Origin: Culicoidibacterales bacterium
Lineage (GTDB): Bacteria > Bacillota_I > Bacilli_A > Culicoidibacterales > Culicoidibacteraceae
Direction of reading: 5' to 3'
NCBI GenBank assembly: GCA_051652245.1
Contig: JBOFTV010000088.1
Span: 15,969-39,968, forward strand
DNA: 24,000 bases
The translations under genes were made by a program, and so were the position numbers. Positions 8,969-16,468 of this stretch are shown here, one piece after another. The notes below the pieces were generated by a model. That model did no database searches. It saw nothing but the letters and a program-made list of their open reading frames with translations, and had not been told where the DNA came from. Within the stretch, counting starts at the first letter, position 1. The number at the start of each line of letters is the position of its first letter.

Positions 8969-8997
8969 TGAGCTGTAGGATTACAGCTCACTTTTTT
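8967..8997. terminator. Terminator hairpin shared by the convergent zinc-ribbon gene and tspO
   Basis: An 11-bp perfect stem: AGTGAGCTGTA (8967-8977) pairs with TACAGCTCACT (8982-8992), with loop GGAT. T6 follows on the plus strand. It lies exactly between the two stop codons. Confidence 0.8.
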
Positions 8998-9471
8998 CTA
9001 GTTTAGCATTAGGATGGCGTACGTTAACACCGTTGCAAAGCTGACCCATAAAAAATATGGTCCCATTAGCCACATGACAACTGGGCGGGCTTTAAGCATT
9101 GTTAATTGCAACATGACCAATAATAGCCACAAAATTGTAATATCAATTGCAGCAAGCAAATTATTTTGCCCGATGAAAAATATTGGTGACCAGATAAAAT
9201 TTAGCAGAAATTGCAAGCTAAATAACCAAATTGCCATTTTCTTATTTGCTGTGCTATCCATTGTTAAAATTAGATAAAAACTAATTCCCATAAGCAGATA
9301 CAGTACGGTCCATACAGGACCAAATAAAAATGCTGGTGGTGCAAAAGGCGGCAATATAAGTACTTTATAGTACATTTTTGCACTTACTGCAAAAATCCCT
9401 CCCAATAAACCACATCCCCAGACACCAATTGTGCAGAGCCAAAACTTTTTGTCACTTAATATTTTCTTCAT
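8998..9471 (-). CDS. tspO: Tryptophan-rich sensory protein TspO (MBR family)
   Basis: Five hydrophobic helices and Trp-rich motifs (PPFAPPAFLFGPVWTVLYLLMG, WSPIFF, WLLLV, PYFLWVSFATVL) are typical of TspO. I prefer the start MKKILSDKK at 9471 (GGAAGGGG SD 9 nt upstream) over the 9531 start of the ORF track. Confidence 0.8.
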   Translation of the reverse strand: MKKILSDKKFWLCTIGVWGCGLLGGIFAVSAKMYYKVLILPPFAPPAFLFGPVWTVLYLLMGISFYLILTMDSTANKKMAIWLFSLQFLLNFIWSPIFFIGQNNLLAAIDITILWLLLVMLQLTMLKARPVVMWLMGPYFLWVSFATVLTYAILMLN

Positions 9472-9538
9472 AAAAAAAATCCCCTTCCTTTTTATATTGT
9501 TAACTTTAGCAAAATTGCCCGACCTTTGCAAGGTTTTA

Positions 9539-9569
9539 TGGTAGAATCCCCTTATTTTTATGGTATACT
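9539..9569 (+). promoter_or_regulatory. Two tandem extended -10 promoter elements upstream of the aldo/keto reductase gene
   Basis: TTTTATGGTAGAAT (TGGTAGAAT at 9539-9547) and TTTTTATGGTATACT (TGGTATACT at 9561-9569) are near-duplicate TGnTAnAnT boxes 22 bp apart. The second lies about 33 nt upstream of the ATG. Confidence 0.4.
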
Positions 9570-9601
9570 TAGCTTATTAAAAATAAATGGAGGTTATTAT
9601 T

Positions 9602-10555
9602 ATGAAATATCGTCAAGTTGGTCACTCGGGGCTGCGTGTTAGTGAAATTACATTGGGTAGTTGGCTTACCTATGGTAAAAGCGTTGCTGACAATACTGCT
9701 GAACAAATTATTGCACGCGCTATTGAATTAGGCATCAATTCATTTGATTGTGCTGATGTTTATGAACTTGGTGCAGCAGAGCGTGTTCTTGGAAAGTCCC
9801 TTGCTCCTTACACACGTAGTGACTTTGTGATTTCTACTAAGGTTTTTTGGCCTATGAGTGCTAATATTAATGATCGCGGGTTGTCGCGGAAGCATATTAT
9901 GGAGAGTATTGATAAAAGCTTGGAGCGCCTACAAATGAATTATGTTGATATTTATTATTGCCATCGCTATGATCAAAGTACGCCTTTAGAAGAAACACTT
10001 GAAGCTTTAAATGATATTATTAGAATTGGTAAAGCATTATATGTTGGTGTTAGCATGTGGAGTGGTGATCAATTACTCCATGCCAAAGAAATTATTACCC
10101 GTCGTGGATTTAGTCAAATCATTGTTAATCAACCACCCTATAATTTAATTAATCGCGACATCGAAGCATATGATATGCCCGTTTCCTCTCGCTTAGGAAT
10201 TGGTCAAATGGTTTATTCTCCCCTTGCTCAAGGCATTTTAACTGGTAAATATAATACCGGTATTCCAAGTGATAGTCGGATGGCAAATCCAGCTATTTCT
10301 GGGACAATGAAAGATGACTTTACTAATAAAATAGCATTGGCACGACAGTATCAAGTCATTGCCGATTCACTTGAGATTCCCTTGGCACAGCTGTCCCTTT
10401 CTTGGATTTTATCACATAAAGAAGTTGCCTCTTGTATCATTGGAGCAACTTCCGTTCAACAGCTCGAAGAAAATGTTTTAGGCATCCATTTTACTTGTAC
10501 ACCCGGAATACTAGAGCAGCTTAATAAAGTTTTTAATCACCATTCAGCAATATAA
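9602..10555 (+). CDS. Aldo/keto reductase (Kv-beta/YhdN-like NADPH oxidoreductase)
   Basis: N-terminal MKYRQVGHSGLRVSEITLGSW signature. Catalytic-tetrad context is present (DCADVYE..., STKVFWPM, YYCHRYD). C-terminal IIGATSVQQLEEN motif. GGAGG lies 8 nt upstream of ATG 9602; the ORF-track start at 9587 has no SD. Confidence 0.85.
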   Translation: MKYRQVGHSGLRVSEITLGSWLTYGKSVADNTAEQIIARAIELGINSFDCADVYELGAAERVLGKSLAPYTRSDFVISTKVFWPMSANINDRGLSRKHIMESIDKSLERLQMNYVDIYYCHRYDQSTPLEETLEALNDIIRIGKALYVGVSMWSGDQLLHAKEIITRRGFSQIIVNQPPYNLINRDIEAYDMPVSSRLGIGQMVYSPLAQGILTGKYNTGIPSDSRMANPAISGTMKDDFTNKIALARQYQVIADSLEIPLAQLSLSWILSHKEVASCIIGATSVQQLEENVLGIHFTCTPGILEQLNKVFNHHSAI

Positions 10556-10556
10556 T

Positions 10557-10601
10557 CAAAAAAAAGCGTTTCTGCCTCAAAATTGGCAGAAACGCTTTTT
10601 T
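10557..10601. terminator. Bidirectional rho-independent terminator between the convergent AKR and znuA genes
   Basis: GCGTTTCTGCC (10566-10576) pairs with GGCAGAAACGC (10585-10595), with an 8-nt loop. It is flanked by an A-run on the left and a T-run on the right. Confidence 0.85.
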
Positions 10602-10602
10602 A

Positions 10603-11847
10603 TTATGCTGTTGTATTTTGACCTTTGGCAAGTGATTCAAGGTTTTTCTCCATCAAAGTAAAATAATCTGTGGCAACTGTTACAGTTTCAATGTTGTGTA
10701 GTGTCAGCTCTTGAAGTTTATGTTGACCCTTTAGAACATTTATTGCACTATTTGCTTGAATATTTTCTTCTGTATAGATAAATTTGATGTTATTTTTTCC
10801 GATGTATTCATCTAGACTAATTAATGATGTTTGTGTACTCTCACTGTGGTCTGCAGTATCAGTTATGCCCCTCTGCTCTAACCCATAGCGATTTGTTAGA
10901 TAGATGTATGCAGCATGTGATACGACTAATTTATTCTGTGTTTTTGTACTTAGTGTTGTGCTGTATTTTTTGTCTAGTGCTGCAAGCTTCGTCTTTAGCC
11001 CTTTACTGTTAGCCTCAAATTTACTTTTTGCTTCTGGTTTTAATTCTATTAGCGCCCCTGCTATTGCTTCTGATAATTCTTGAGCTAGAATTGGGTCAAG
11101 CCAAATATGTGGATCTAATGATTCTTTGAGCGTACTACCATGGTCATCACTCCCCCCATGATCATCGATATCTAATTTTTCTGGTTCTGATTGTCCTACT
11201 ATATTATTGCTTGTATCTATTTGTTTTGCCATTATTTGTGCTCCAGCATATTTCGACTCCAAAACGAGATCAATTTCTGCCCCTGCAAGTCCAGGTATTT
11301 GTTTAAATTCTGTTTCATTTTCTAATTTAATAAACCATTGAATTGTCTGATATGCTGTTTTCCCCAAATCACGGGCTTTAATTTTTACGATATCTTTTGT
11401 ATGATAATGTTCTTCAATACCTTCTAGGTGCATTGTTATTGGGTGGGTGTGATCATGGCTACTATGGTCTTCTTTTTCCTCACCATGATCGTGGTCATCC
11501 CCTTGAGATGCAACCATTTTAATATTTTGAGCAACATTGAATGTTTTAATTTTATTATTTACTTGCTGAATTTTGCTGCCAATACTGACATAGTCACCTG
11601 CTTCAATATTGATAAAAGCATCTGCTTCTGTAACAACTGCTGCATCAGTTTGTGTTAATTCAAAGTGATGTGGATTTCCCGTTAATGAGAAGACAACTTC
11701 TACTTCATCAGCTCCAATTGTTTCAATAAACTGTTTTAATGCATTCGATGTTGTTACAATTTGAATTTTTCCATTACTTTTTTGGGGCGTGCAAGCCACC
11801 ATTGTGATGGCGAGTAGCGTTAAGATTAACATTTTTCCAATTTTCAT
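10603..11847 (-). CDS. znuA: Zinc ABC transporter substrate-binding lipoprotein (cluster A-I, ZnuA/AdcA type) with an enlarged His-rich loop
   Basis: Lipoprotein signal MKIGKMLILTLLAITMVAC (lipobox MVAC). The three-His zinc-type ligand pattern is present (NPHHFELT, DPHIWLDP, VVSHAAY). His-rich tracts DDHDHGEEKEDHSSHDHTHP and DDHGGSDDHGS are present. AAGAGGAAA SD precedes ATG 11847. The longer ORF-track start (11934) overlaps rrf2 and lacks an SD. Confidence 0.85.
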   Translation of the reverse strand: MKIGKMLILTLLAITMVACTPQKSNGKIQIVTTSNALKQFIETIGADEVEVVFSLTGNPHHFELTQTDAAVVTEADAFINIEAGDYVSIGSKIQQVNNKIKTFNVAQNIKMVASQGDDHDHGEEKEDHSSHDHTHPITMHLEGIEEHYHTKDIVKIKARDLGKTAYQTIQWFIKLENETEFKQIPGLAGAEIDLVLESKYAGAQIMAKQIDTSNNIVGQSEPEKLDIDDHGGSDDHGSTLKESLDPHIWLDPILAQELSEAIAGALIELKPEAKSKFEANSKGLKTKLAALDKKYSTTLSTKTQNKLVVSHAAYIYLTNRYGLEQRGITDTADHSESTQTSLISLDEYIGKNNIKFIYTEENIQANSAINVLKGQHKLQELTLHNIETVTVATDYFTLMEKNLESLAKGQNTTA

Positions 11848-11930
11848 TTTATTTCCTCTTTTCCAAAATTTATTAAGCAGATAATAAAGATACCTTTTAT
11901 CTTCTATTGACATTAAATAAATGCAATACC

Positions 11931-12314
11931 TCAATGTATTGCATCTTTTAGTGTTTTCGTTGATAGGTAAGCTTCCATTTGTTCTTCGTATTCCCTCATA
12001 ATAGCATCAATTTTACAGCTATTAGCTTTATCTTCACAACCTTTAAACAGCGGAATTTGCCCTTCAATTGCTTGAATGATTGCCAAAAAATTAATTTGAT
12101 CGGGCTTTTTAGCTAAGCTATAACCACCCAAAGCTCCCGGTGATGATTCAACTAATCCTGATTTTGTCAGTTTTGTTAAAATCTTTGAAAGATACGTTGG
12201 TGATATGTCTTGATATTTTGCTAGTTCTTGGACACCTTTTTTTGCTTTATCTGGTACCTTTGCTAGTTCTAGCATTGTATGTAGGGCATAATTTGTTGCT
12301 TTTGAGTAATTCAT
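11931..12314 (-). CDS. Rrf2-family (BadM/IscR/CymR-like) winged-helix transcriptional regulator
   Basis: 127-aa ORF. The N-terminus MNYSKATNYALHTMLELA...ELAKYQDISPTYLSKILTKLTKSGLVESSPGALGGYSLAK is the canonical Rrf2 HTH signature. There are only two Cys (GCEDKANSC), not the 3-Cys Fe-S pattern of IscR/NsrR. GGAGGAG SD upstream. Confidence 0.85.
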   Translation of the reverse strand: MNYSKATNYALHTMLELAKVPDKAKKGVQELAKYQDISPTYLSKILTKLTKSGLVESSPGALGGYSLAKKPDQINFLAIIQAIEGQIPLFKGCEDKANSCKIDAIMREYEEQMEAYLSTKTLKDAIH

Positions 12315-12337
12315 GATTTATCTCCTCCAAAAGTAGA

Positions 12338-12360
12338 TTGTAGAGTTACTATGTCTATTA
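12338..12360 (-). promoter_or_regulatory. Candidate operator at the rrf2 promoter/+1 region, related to the znuCB operator
   Basis: Minus strand TAATAGACATAGTAACTCTACAA matches the znuCB palindrome TTATAGACAAATACAGTCTATAA at 16 of 23 positions. The half-site spacing is the same (ATAGAC-N7-xTCTAx). It overlaps the 3' end of the -10 box. Confidence 0.35.
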
Positions 12361-12385
12361 TACTGCTTATGTTAGCTTCTGTCAA
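12357..12385 (-). promoter_or_regulatory. Consensus sigma-A promoter for rrf2(-znuA)
   Basis: Minus strand reads TTGACA-17 nt-TATAAT, with both hexamers perfect. It lies about 40 nt upstream of the rrf2 ATG. Confidence 0.7.
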
Positions 12386-12424
12386 TTTTAATATTTTTCT
12401 ACTATCCACTAATTACTTTTTTTT

Positions 12425-12468
12425 AAAAAAAAAGGCGGAAATTATTTTTTCAAGTAACAATTTTCGCC
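12425..12468 (-). terminator. Rho-independent terminator of the PTS-patB operon
   Basis: Minus-strand GGCGAAAATT pairs with AATTTCCGCC (10 bp, one mismatch), followed by T9. It lies immediately after the patB stop. Confidence 0.7.
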
Positions 12469-12473
12469 TTTTC

Positions 12474-13661
12474 CTATATTAGTTTTAAGTAGACTGCTCT
12501 TATTGCATCCAATCCAATTATTATTTTTGCGTGTGGGGCAGCAATATTTAATCGCAAGTAGTTTCCACTGCTATGCAGGTATGTACTCCCCCCCATTATT
12601 GCAACCTTTTCTGCTAATAACATTTTTTGAATTTCCTGCTCACTTGTCCCAAATTTTTCGATATCAAGCCAGATAAAATATGTTGCTTCCGGTTGAATAA
12701 ATGTGAGCGGGAGTTCATTATCAATAATATATTTTTCAATTATAGTATGTGTTTTTTGTAAATATTCCTTCATTTGATCAAGCCAAATTTTACCATGATC
12801 ATATGCTGCCACTGTAGCAATTAACCCTAGTGTTGACGCTGATGATAGACAGTCAATTTTCCTTAGGATATGCAGGTACCGTTGCTGTAATGCTTGATTC
12901 GGTAAAATCATATACGCACAAATTAATCCCGCTGTATTAAAAGTCTTACTCGCGCTTGTAATTAAGGCGATTTTCTGGTCCATCTTATATTCTGCTGCAT
13001 ATTTACTAATCGGAATATGGACGTTCGGTTGGTAGACAAAATCCATATGAATTTCGTCGCTAATAATGAAAATATCGTTTTGTTGACATATTTTTAATAT
13101 TTCTTTGATTGTTTCTGCTTTAAAGACGATTCCGGTCGGATTATGTGGGTTACAAAATAAGAAAACCTTTGTTTCTTTTTGTTGACAGAGTTTTTCAAAA
13201 GCCCTTAAGTCAATCCCATTGTCCTTGCCAATATGCCAGTATTTTTGGGGATATTCTAGTCCCGCTAATAAGGCTGTGAACCCATCATATGATGGGTTGT
13301 TAACAATAACTGTCGGTTTAACTTCGCCTTGTTGACCTAACATTGATAGGACTGTTTTGATCATGTACATCACTGTTGGACCATAGACGATATCTTCAAT
13401 TTCAATGTCGGTTGTAAACTCCGTTTTAAACCACTTTTTAATGGCTGGTGCAAATGTGCTATTGTTCCAGCGCGTATAACCGAAAATTTGATGTTTTAGG
13501 CGATTTTCTAGTGCTTTTGTGATTGCGGGCGCTGTGTTAAAATCACTATCTGATATTGTAAAGGGGGTTAGGTCTTTTTGACCAAAGCGGTCGTAGACGA
13601 AGTCCCACTGGGTGCAGTCTGTTCCCTTTCGTTTTATTATTTGATCAAAGTTATACTTCAT
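12474..13661 (-). CDS. patB: PLP-dependent aminotransferase class I/II, MalY/PatB-type cystathionine beta-lyase (C-S lyase)
   Basis: 395-aa ORF. It begins MKYNFDQIIKRKGTDCTQWDF..., the N-terminus typical of MalY/PatB. The PLP-lysine motif SASKTFN is present, as are NPHNPTG and SDEIHMDFVY. GGAGG SD lies 8 nt upstream, 14 nt after the PTS stop. Confidence 0.8.
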   Translation of the reverse strand: MKYNFDQIIKRKGTDCTQWDFVYDRFGQKDLTPFTISDSDFNTAPAITKALENRLKHQIFGYTRWNNSTFAPAIKKWFKTEFTTDIEIEDIVYGPTVMYMIKTVLSMLGQQGEVKPTVIVNNPSYDGFTALLAGLEYPQKYWHIGKDNGIDLRAFEKLCQQKETKVFLFCNPHNPTGIVFKAETIKEILKICQQNDIFIISDEIHMDFVYQPNVHIPISKYAAEYKMDQKIALITSASKTFNTAGLICAYMILPNQALQQRYLHILRKIDCLSSASTLGLIATVAAYDHGKIWLDQMKEYLQKTHTIIEKYIIDNELPLTFIQPEATYFIWLDIEKFGTSEQEIQKMLLAEKVAIMGGSTYLHSSGNYLRLNIAAPHAKIIIGLDAIRAVYLKLI

Positions 13662-13675
13662 TTGATATTCCTCCG

Positions 13676-15223
13676 TTAAAGTTGCTTTTCCATTTCTAGT
13701 CTAACAGATGCTACTTGTGGTCCAATTATTACTTGGATATTTGTTTTATCTAGAACCATAACACCGATTGCACCATTTTTCTTGAGTGCTTTTTCATCGA
13801 TTATTGCTGTATCTTTTAAGACCATTCTTAATCTTGTAATACAGTTGTCAATTACTTCGATATTTTGGCGTCCTCCTAGAGCTGTAATTAAATTATGAGC
13901 CTGATCACTAATTTCTAGCTTAACTACTATACCTTGATCTTCACCCTCCAAAAAGTCGTCACTTTCACGTCCAATTATTGGGAGATTCCATGTTAAAATA
14001 ACAAATTTGAAAATAAAATAGTAGAGCGCAAACCAAACTACTCCCACAACTGGCACAAGATACCATTTAGTTGCTGTCCCCTGTAAAATACCAAAAACAA
14101 TAAAATCGATGATATTTCCATCAGTATTTCCAATTGTGACTTGGAGCAGTCCCATGACCATAAATCCTAGCCCCGTTAACACCGCATGAATACCATAAAG
14201 GACGGGTGAAATAAATAAGAATAGGAATTCTATTGGTTCGGTAATCCCCGCCACAACACAGGCAATTACACCCGAAATTAACATTCCTTTGACTAAATGG
14301 CGTCTTTTTTCATCAACTGTGTGGTACATTGCAAGGGCTGCTGCTGGTAGACCAAACAGGAATGATGGCATCTTTCCTTGCGATAAAAATTGCGTTGCTG
14401 TTGGACTAAATGGTGTTCCACATTCTAGTTGCGCATAGTAGATATTTAGCGCCCCTGATATTGGAACAGCGCAAACCTCTTCTGTTCCTCCCGCTTCAGT
14501 AAAACGAATCATTGCCACTAAGATGTGGTGAAGTCCAAAGGGCAATAGCAGTCTTTCTCCCGCACCAAATACGAACGGGCCAAATGGACCAGCTCCTAAA
14601 ATAACATTACCCACACTATTAATTAATCCGGCAAAAATGGGCCAAATGAAAGGAATCATTAAACCGACAATTGCAGCGCAGACACTCGTAATAATTGGGA
14701 CGAACCTTGGTCCACCAAAAAATGATAGTGAATCCGGTAATTTTATTGTATAAAATTTCATATGGAGTTGTGCGGTAATGATCCCGATGATGATTCCACC
14801 TAATACTCCTGTATCAAGGGATTGAATACCTAAAATCATTGCTTGACCTGAATGCTTCATCATTTCAGGGGGTGCAAGCTGCATTGATTCTCTAAGATAA
14901 AAATTGGTAATCATATGCATGACCATGTAGCCAACAAAACCACTAAATGCTGCCACACCTTTTTCTTGGCGTGCTAGTCCAAGGGGAATGGCAATGGCAA
15001 ACATAATTGGGAGATAGGTAAACGCAAATGCTCCTAATGTTGAAATAAAACTAAAAAATGTTTGTAAAATTGGGTTCCCTAAAAATGGAAGCAACTCAAT
15101 GGTTGGATCACTTGTAAAAGAGCTCCCTACTCCTAATAAAATTCCCATGAATGCTAATAGCGATACTGGGAGCATAAATGTCTTTCCTAGTCCTTGAAAA
15201 AATTCCCAAAATTTTTGTTTCAT
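13676..15223 (-). CDS. PTS system EIICB component, glucose/maltose (PtsG/MalX) family; no EIIA domain
   Basis: 515-aa polytopic membrane protein with the Glc-family EIIC motif GITEPIEFLF. The C-terminal EIIB domain carries the phospho-Cys motif NCITRLRMVLKD. GGAGG SD upstream. Confidence 0.88.
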   Translation of the reverse strand: MKQKFWEFFQGLGKTFMLPVSLLAFMGILLGVGSSFTSDPTIELLPFLGNPILQTFFSFISTLGAFAFTYLPIMFAIAIPLGLARQEKGVAAFSGFVGYMVMHMITNFYLRESMQLAPPEMMKHSGQAMILGIQSLDTGVLGGIIIGIITAQLHMKFYTIKLPDSLSFFGGPRFVPIITSVCAAIVGLMIPFIWPIFAGLINSVGNVILGAGPFGPFVFGAGERLLLPFGLHHILVAMIRFTEAGGTEEVCAVPISGALNIYYAQLECGTPFSPTATQFLSQGKMPSFLFGLPAAALAMYHTVDEKRRHLVKGMLISGVIACVVAGITEPIEFLFLFISPVLYGIHAVLTGLGFMVMGLLQVTIGNTDGNIIDFIVFGILQGTATKWYLVPVVGVVWFALYYFIFKFVILTWNLPIIGRESDDFLEGEDQGIVVKLEISDQAHNLITALGGRQNIEVIDNCITRLRMVLKDTAIIDEKALKKNGAIGVMVLDKTNIQVIIGPQVASVRLEMEKQL

Positions 15224-15275
15224 AATAATTTCCTCCTAAAATTTGTTTAATTTTCGGCCATATTTTCAGCTAAAT

Positions 15276-15308
15276 ATGTTGGTCATGCCCTAATTATGGT
15301 AACACCCC
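15276..15308 (-). promoter_or_regulatory. Second RAT-like antiterminator target between the antiterminator gene and the PTS gene
   Basis: Minus strand GGGGTGTTACCATAATTAGGGCATGACCAACAT parallels RAT1 in this window (GGCTTGTTACCTTAATTTGAAGGGCAATACCTAAAAT). They share TGTTACC..TAATT..AGGGCA..ACC. Only a weak AU-rich 7-bp hairpin (CAUAUUU/AAAUAUG) with no U-tract follows it. Confidence 0.45.
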
Positions 15309-15314
15309 AATTTA

Positions 15315-16136
15315 TTATAGTATTCGCTGATAGTGTAAAATTAAATACGCATGCTCTTTAAGTGGAATGAGACATTCATATTTAATTTCAACATGCCTAA
15401 TCACTTGTTGCACAAATTCGGCAATTCGTGGATATGATTTAATCACTAAACTTGTTAGTTCATCGGGTTGTTCTTCTACCATCTGCTTGCGTACAACACG
15501 CTGGGCAAAGAAATTTAAATGGGTCATTAAACGGAGGTAATCCAACGATTCTTCATCAAACACGATCGCAAATTCTTGTTGTGTTTGATGCAAAATATCA
15601 TGGACTAATTGTGTTGTATCTAGTGTTGTTAGCATATCGGGTGTATTACTCGCATTAACAATATGCAAAGCAATGAACCCCGCTTCTTCTATGGGGAGTT
15701 CCCACTGCAATTCATCATAAATGATTTTCAATGCGGAAATGCCAATTGAAAATTCTTTTTTGTAGAGTATTTTAATTTCACGAATTAACGGATTTTGAAA
15801 AATAATATTCTGTTCTGCCCTTTTGGCGGCAAAACTAAGATGATCTGTTAGGAGCACATAAAGGAGCTCATCCAGTTTTCGACCCAATTTTTCTTGGGCA
15901 AAATTAATTATCTTCTCCGTCACATCAAAATATTTGACACTTTCTTTTTCAAGAATCGTGGCAATTTTACTGCCTACTTCCGAAGATCTCAGCGTATAGA
16001 CTTTCTCAATTAATTCTTCGTTAAGGCGTTCGCCCTTCTTTTGATCAAATCCAATTCCTTTTCCCATAATCAAGGATTCTGCACCATCAATAAAACTAGA
16101 AACAACATTATTATTAATGACTTTATTTATCCGCAA
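15315..16136 (-). CDS. BglG/LicT/GlcT-family PRD-containing transcriptional antiterminator
   Basis: 273-aa ORF. The N-terminal CAT RNA-binding domain (MRINKVINNNVVSSFIDGAESLIMGKGIGF) is followed by two PRD modules (conserved His contexts LTDHLSFA, ALHIVNA, LMTHLNFF, LILHYQRI). The start is TTG, with GGAGG 6 nt upstream. Confidence 0.88.
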   Translation of the reverse strand: MRINKVINNNVVSSFIDGAESLIMGKGIGFDQKKGERLNEELIEKVYTLRSSEVGSKIATILEKESVKYFDVTEKIINFAQEKLGRKLDELLYVLLTDHLSFAAKRAEQNIIFQNPLIREIKILYKKEFSIGISALKIIYDELQWELPIEEAGFIALHIVNASNTPDMLTTLDTTQLVHDILHQTQQEFAIVFDEESLDYLRLMTHLNFFAQRVVRKQMVEEQPDELTSLVIKSYPRIAEFVQQVIRHVEIKYECLIPLKEHAYLILHYQRIL

Positions 16137-16165
16137 ATCAGCACCTCCTCACTTTATCTTTTCAT

Positions 16166-16228
16166 GAAAAAAAGACAATACCTAAAAACAACTAATCCCC
16201 GTGCGATGACCGTTTATTTTAGGTATTG
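16166..16228 (-). terminator. Conditional rho-independent terminator overlapping RAT1
   Basis: Minus-strand CAATACCTAAAA (16217-16228) pairs perfectly (12 bp) with TTTTAGGTATTG (16176-16187). TC-T7 follows. The 5' arm is the 3' half of RAT1, which is the classical antitermination layout. Confidence 0.8.
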
Positions 16229-16252
16229 CCCTTCAAATTAAGGTAACAAGCC
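16216..16252 (-). promoter_or_regulatory. RAT (ribonucleic antiterminator) element upstream of the antiterminator gene
   Basis: Minus strand GGCTTGTTACCTTAATTTGAAGGGCAATACCTAAAAT matches the LicT/SacY-type RAT core (GGxTTGTTAC...GGCAAxACCTAAA). Confidence 0.8.
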
Positions 16253-16274
16253 TTATTATTTACTTTACACCTTG

Positions 16275-16303
16275 ATTATACATTAATTTTGAATGGTTGA
16301 CAA
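16275..16303 (-). promoter_or_regulatory. Sigma-A type promoter of the antiterminator-PTS-patB operon
   Basis: Minus strand reads TTGTCA-17 nt-TATAAT. It lies about 25 nt upstream of RAT1. Confidence 0.6.
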
Positions 16304-16319
16304 TTATTTTTTCAAAAAA

Positions 16320-16333
16320 ATATAGCGGTTACA
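16320..16333 (-). promoter_or_regulatory. cre-like (CcpA catabolite-responsive element) sequence upstream of the PTS operon promoter
   Basis: Minus strand TGTAACCGCTATAT matches the cre consensus TGWAANCGNTNWCA at all but the last two positions. It is flanked by an 11-nt direct repeat, TTTGAAAAAAT. Confidence 0.3.
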
Positions 16334-16468
16334 TTTTTTCAAACTATGTCTCGTTTACTATTAGTGTATAGCAAAAAGCGATTAACCCTATTCACATAGA
16401 GTCAACTCGCTTTTTTTAAAAAAAATATATAAGTGCCTAGGGTTATATTTTGGGTGGGAATTAAAAGC

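Noticed and set aside
11870-11900. Imperfect palindrome AGATAAAAGGTATCTTTATTATCT in the rrf2-znuA spacer, considered as a third copy of the zinc operator or a terminator
   Set aside because: It matches the znuCB operator at only about 10 of 23 positions, has only 6 perfectly symmetric outer bp, and is not followed by a U-tract. It is probably just AT-rich spacer or a weak RNA hairpin.
11848-11934. N-terminal extension of the ZnuA ORF (MRYCIYLMSIEDKRY...) overlapping the rrf2 stop
   Set aside because: The lipoprotein signal peptide and a good SD start at ATG 11847. The extension has no SD and would bury the signal peptide.
16376-16412. Candidate terminator downstream of the M32 carboxypeptidase (AAAAAGCGA...TCGCTTTTTTT)
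   Set aside because: It has only a 5-bp stem with a ~25-nt loop, which is too weak to call. Termination here may be real but is unsupported by the structure I can see.
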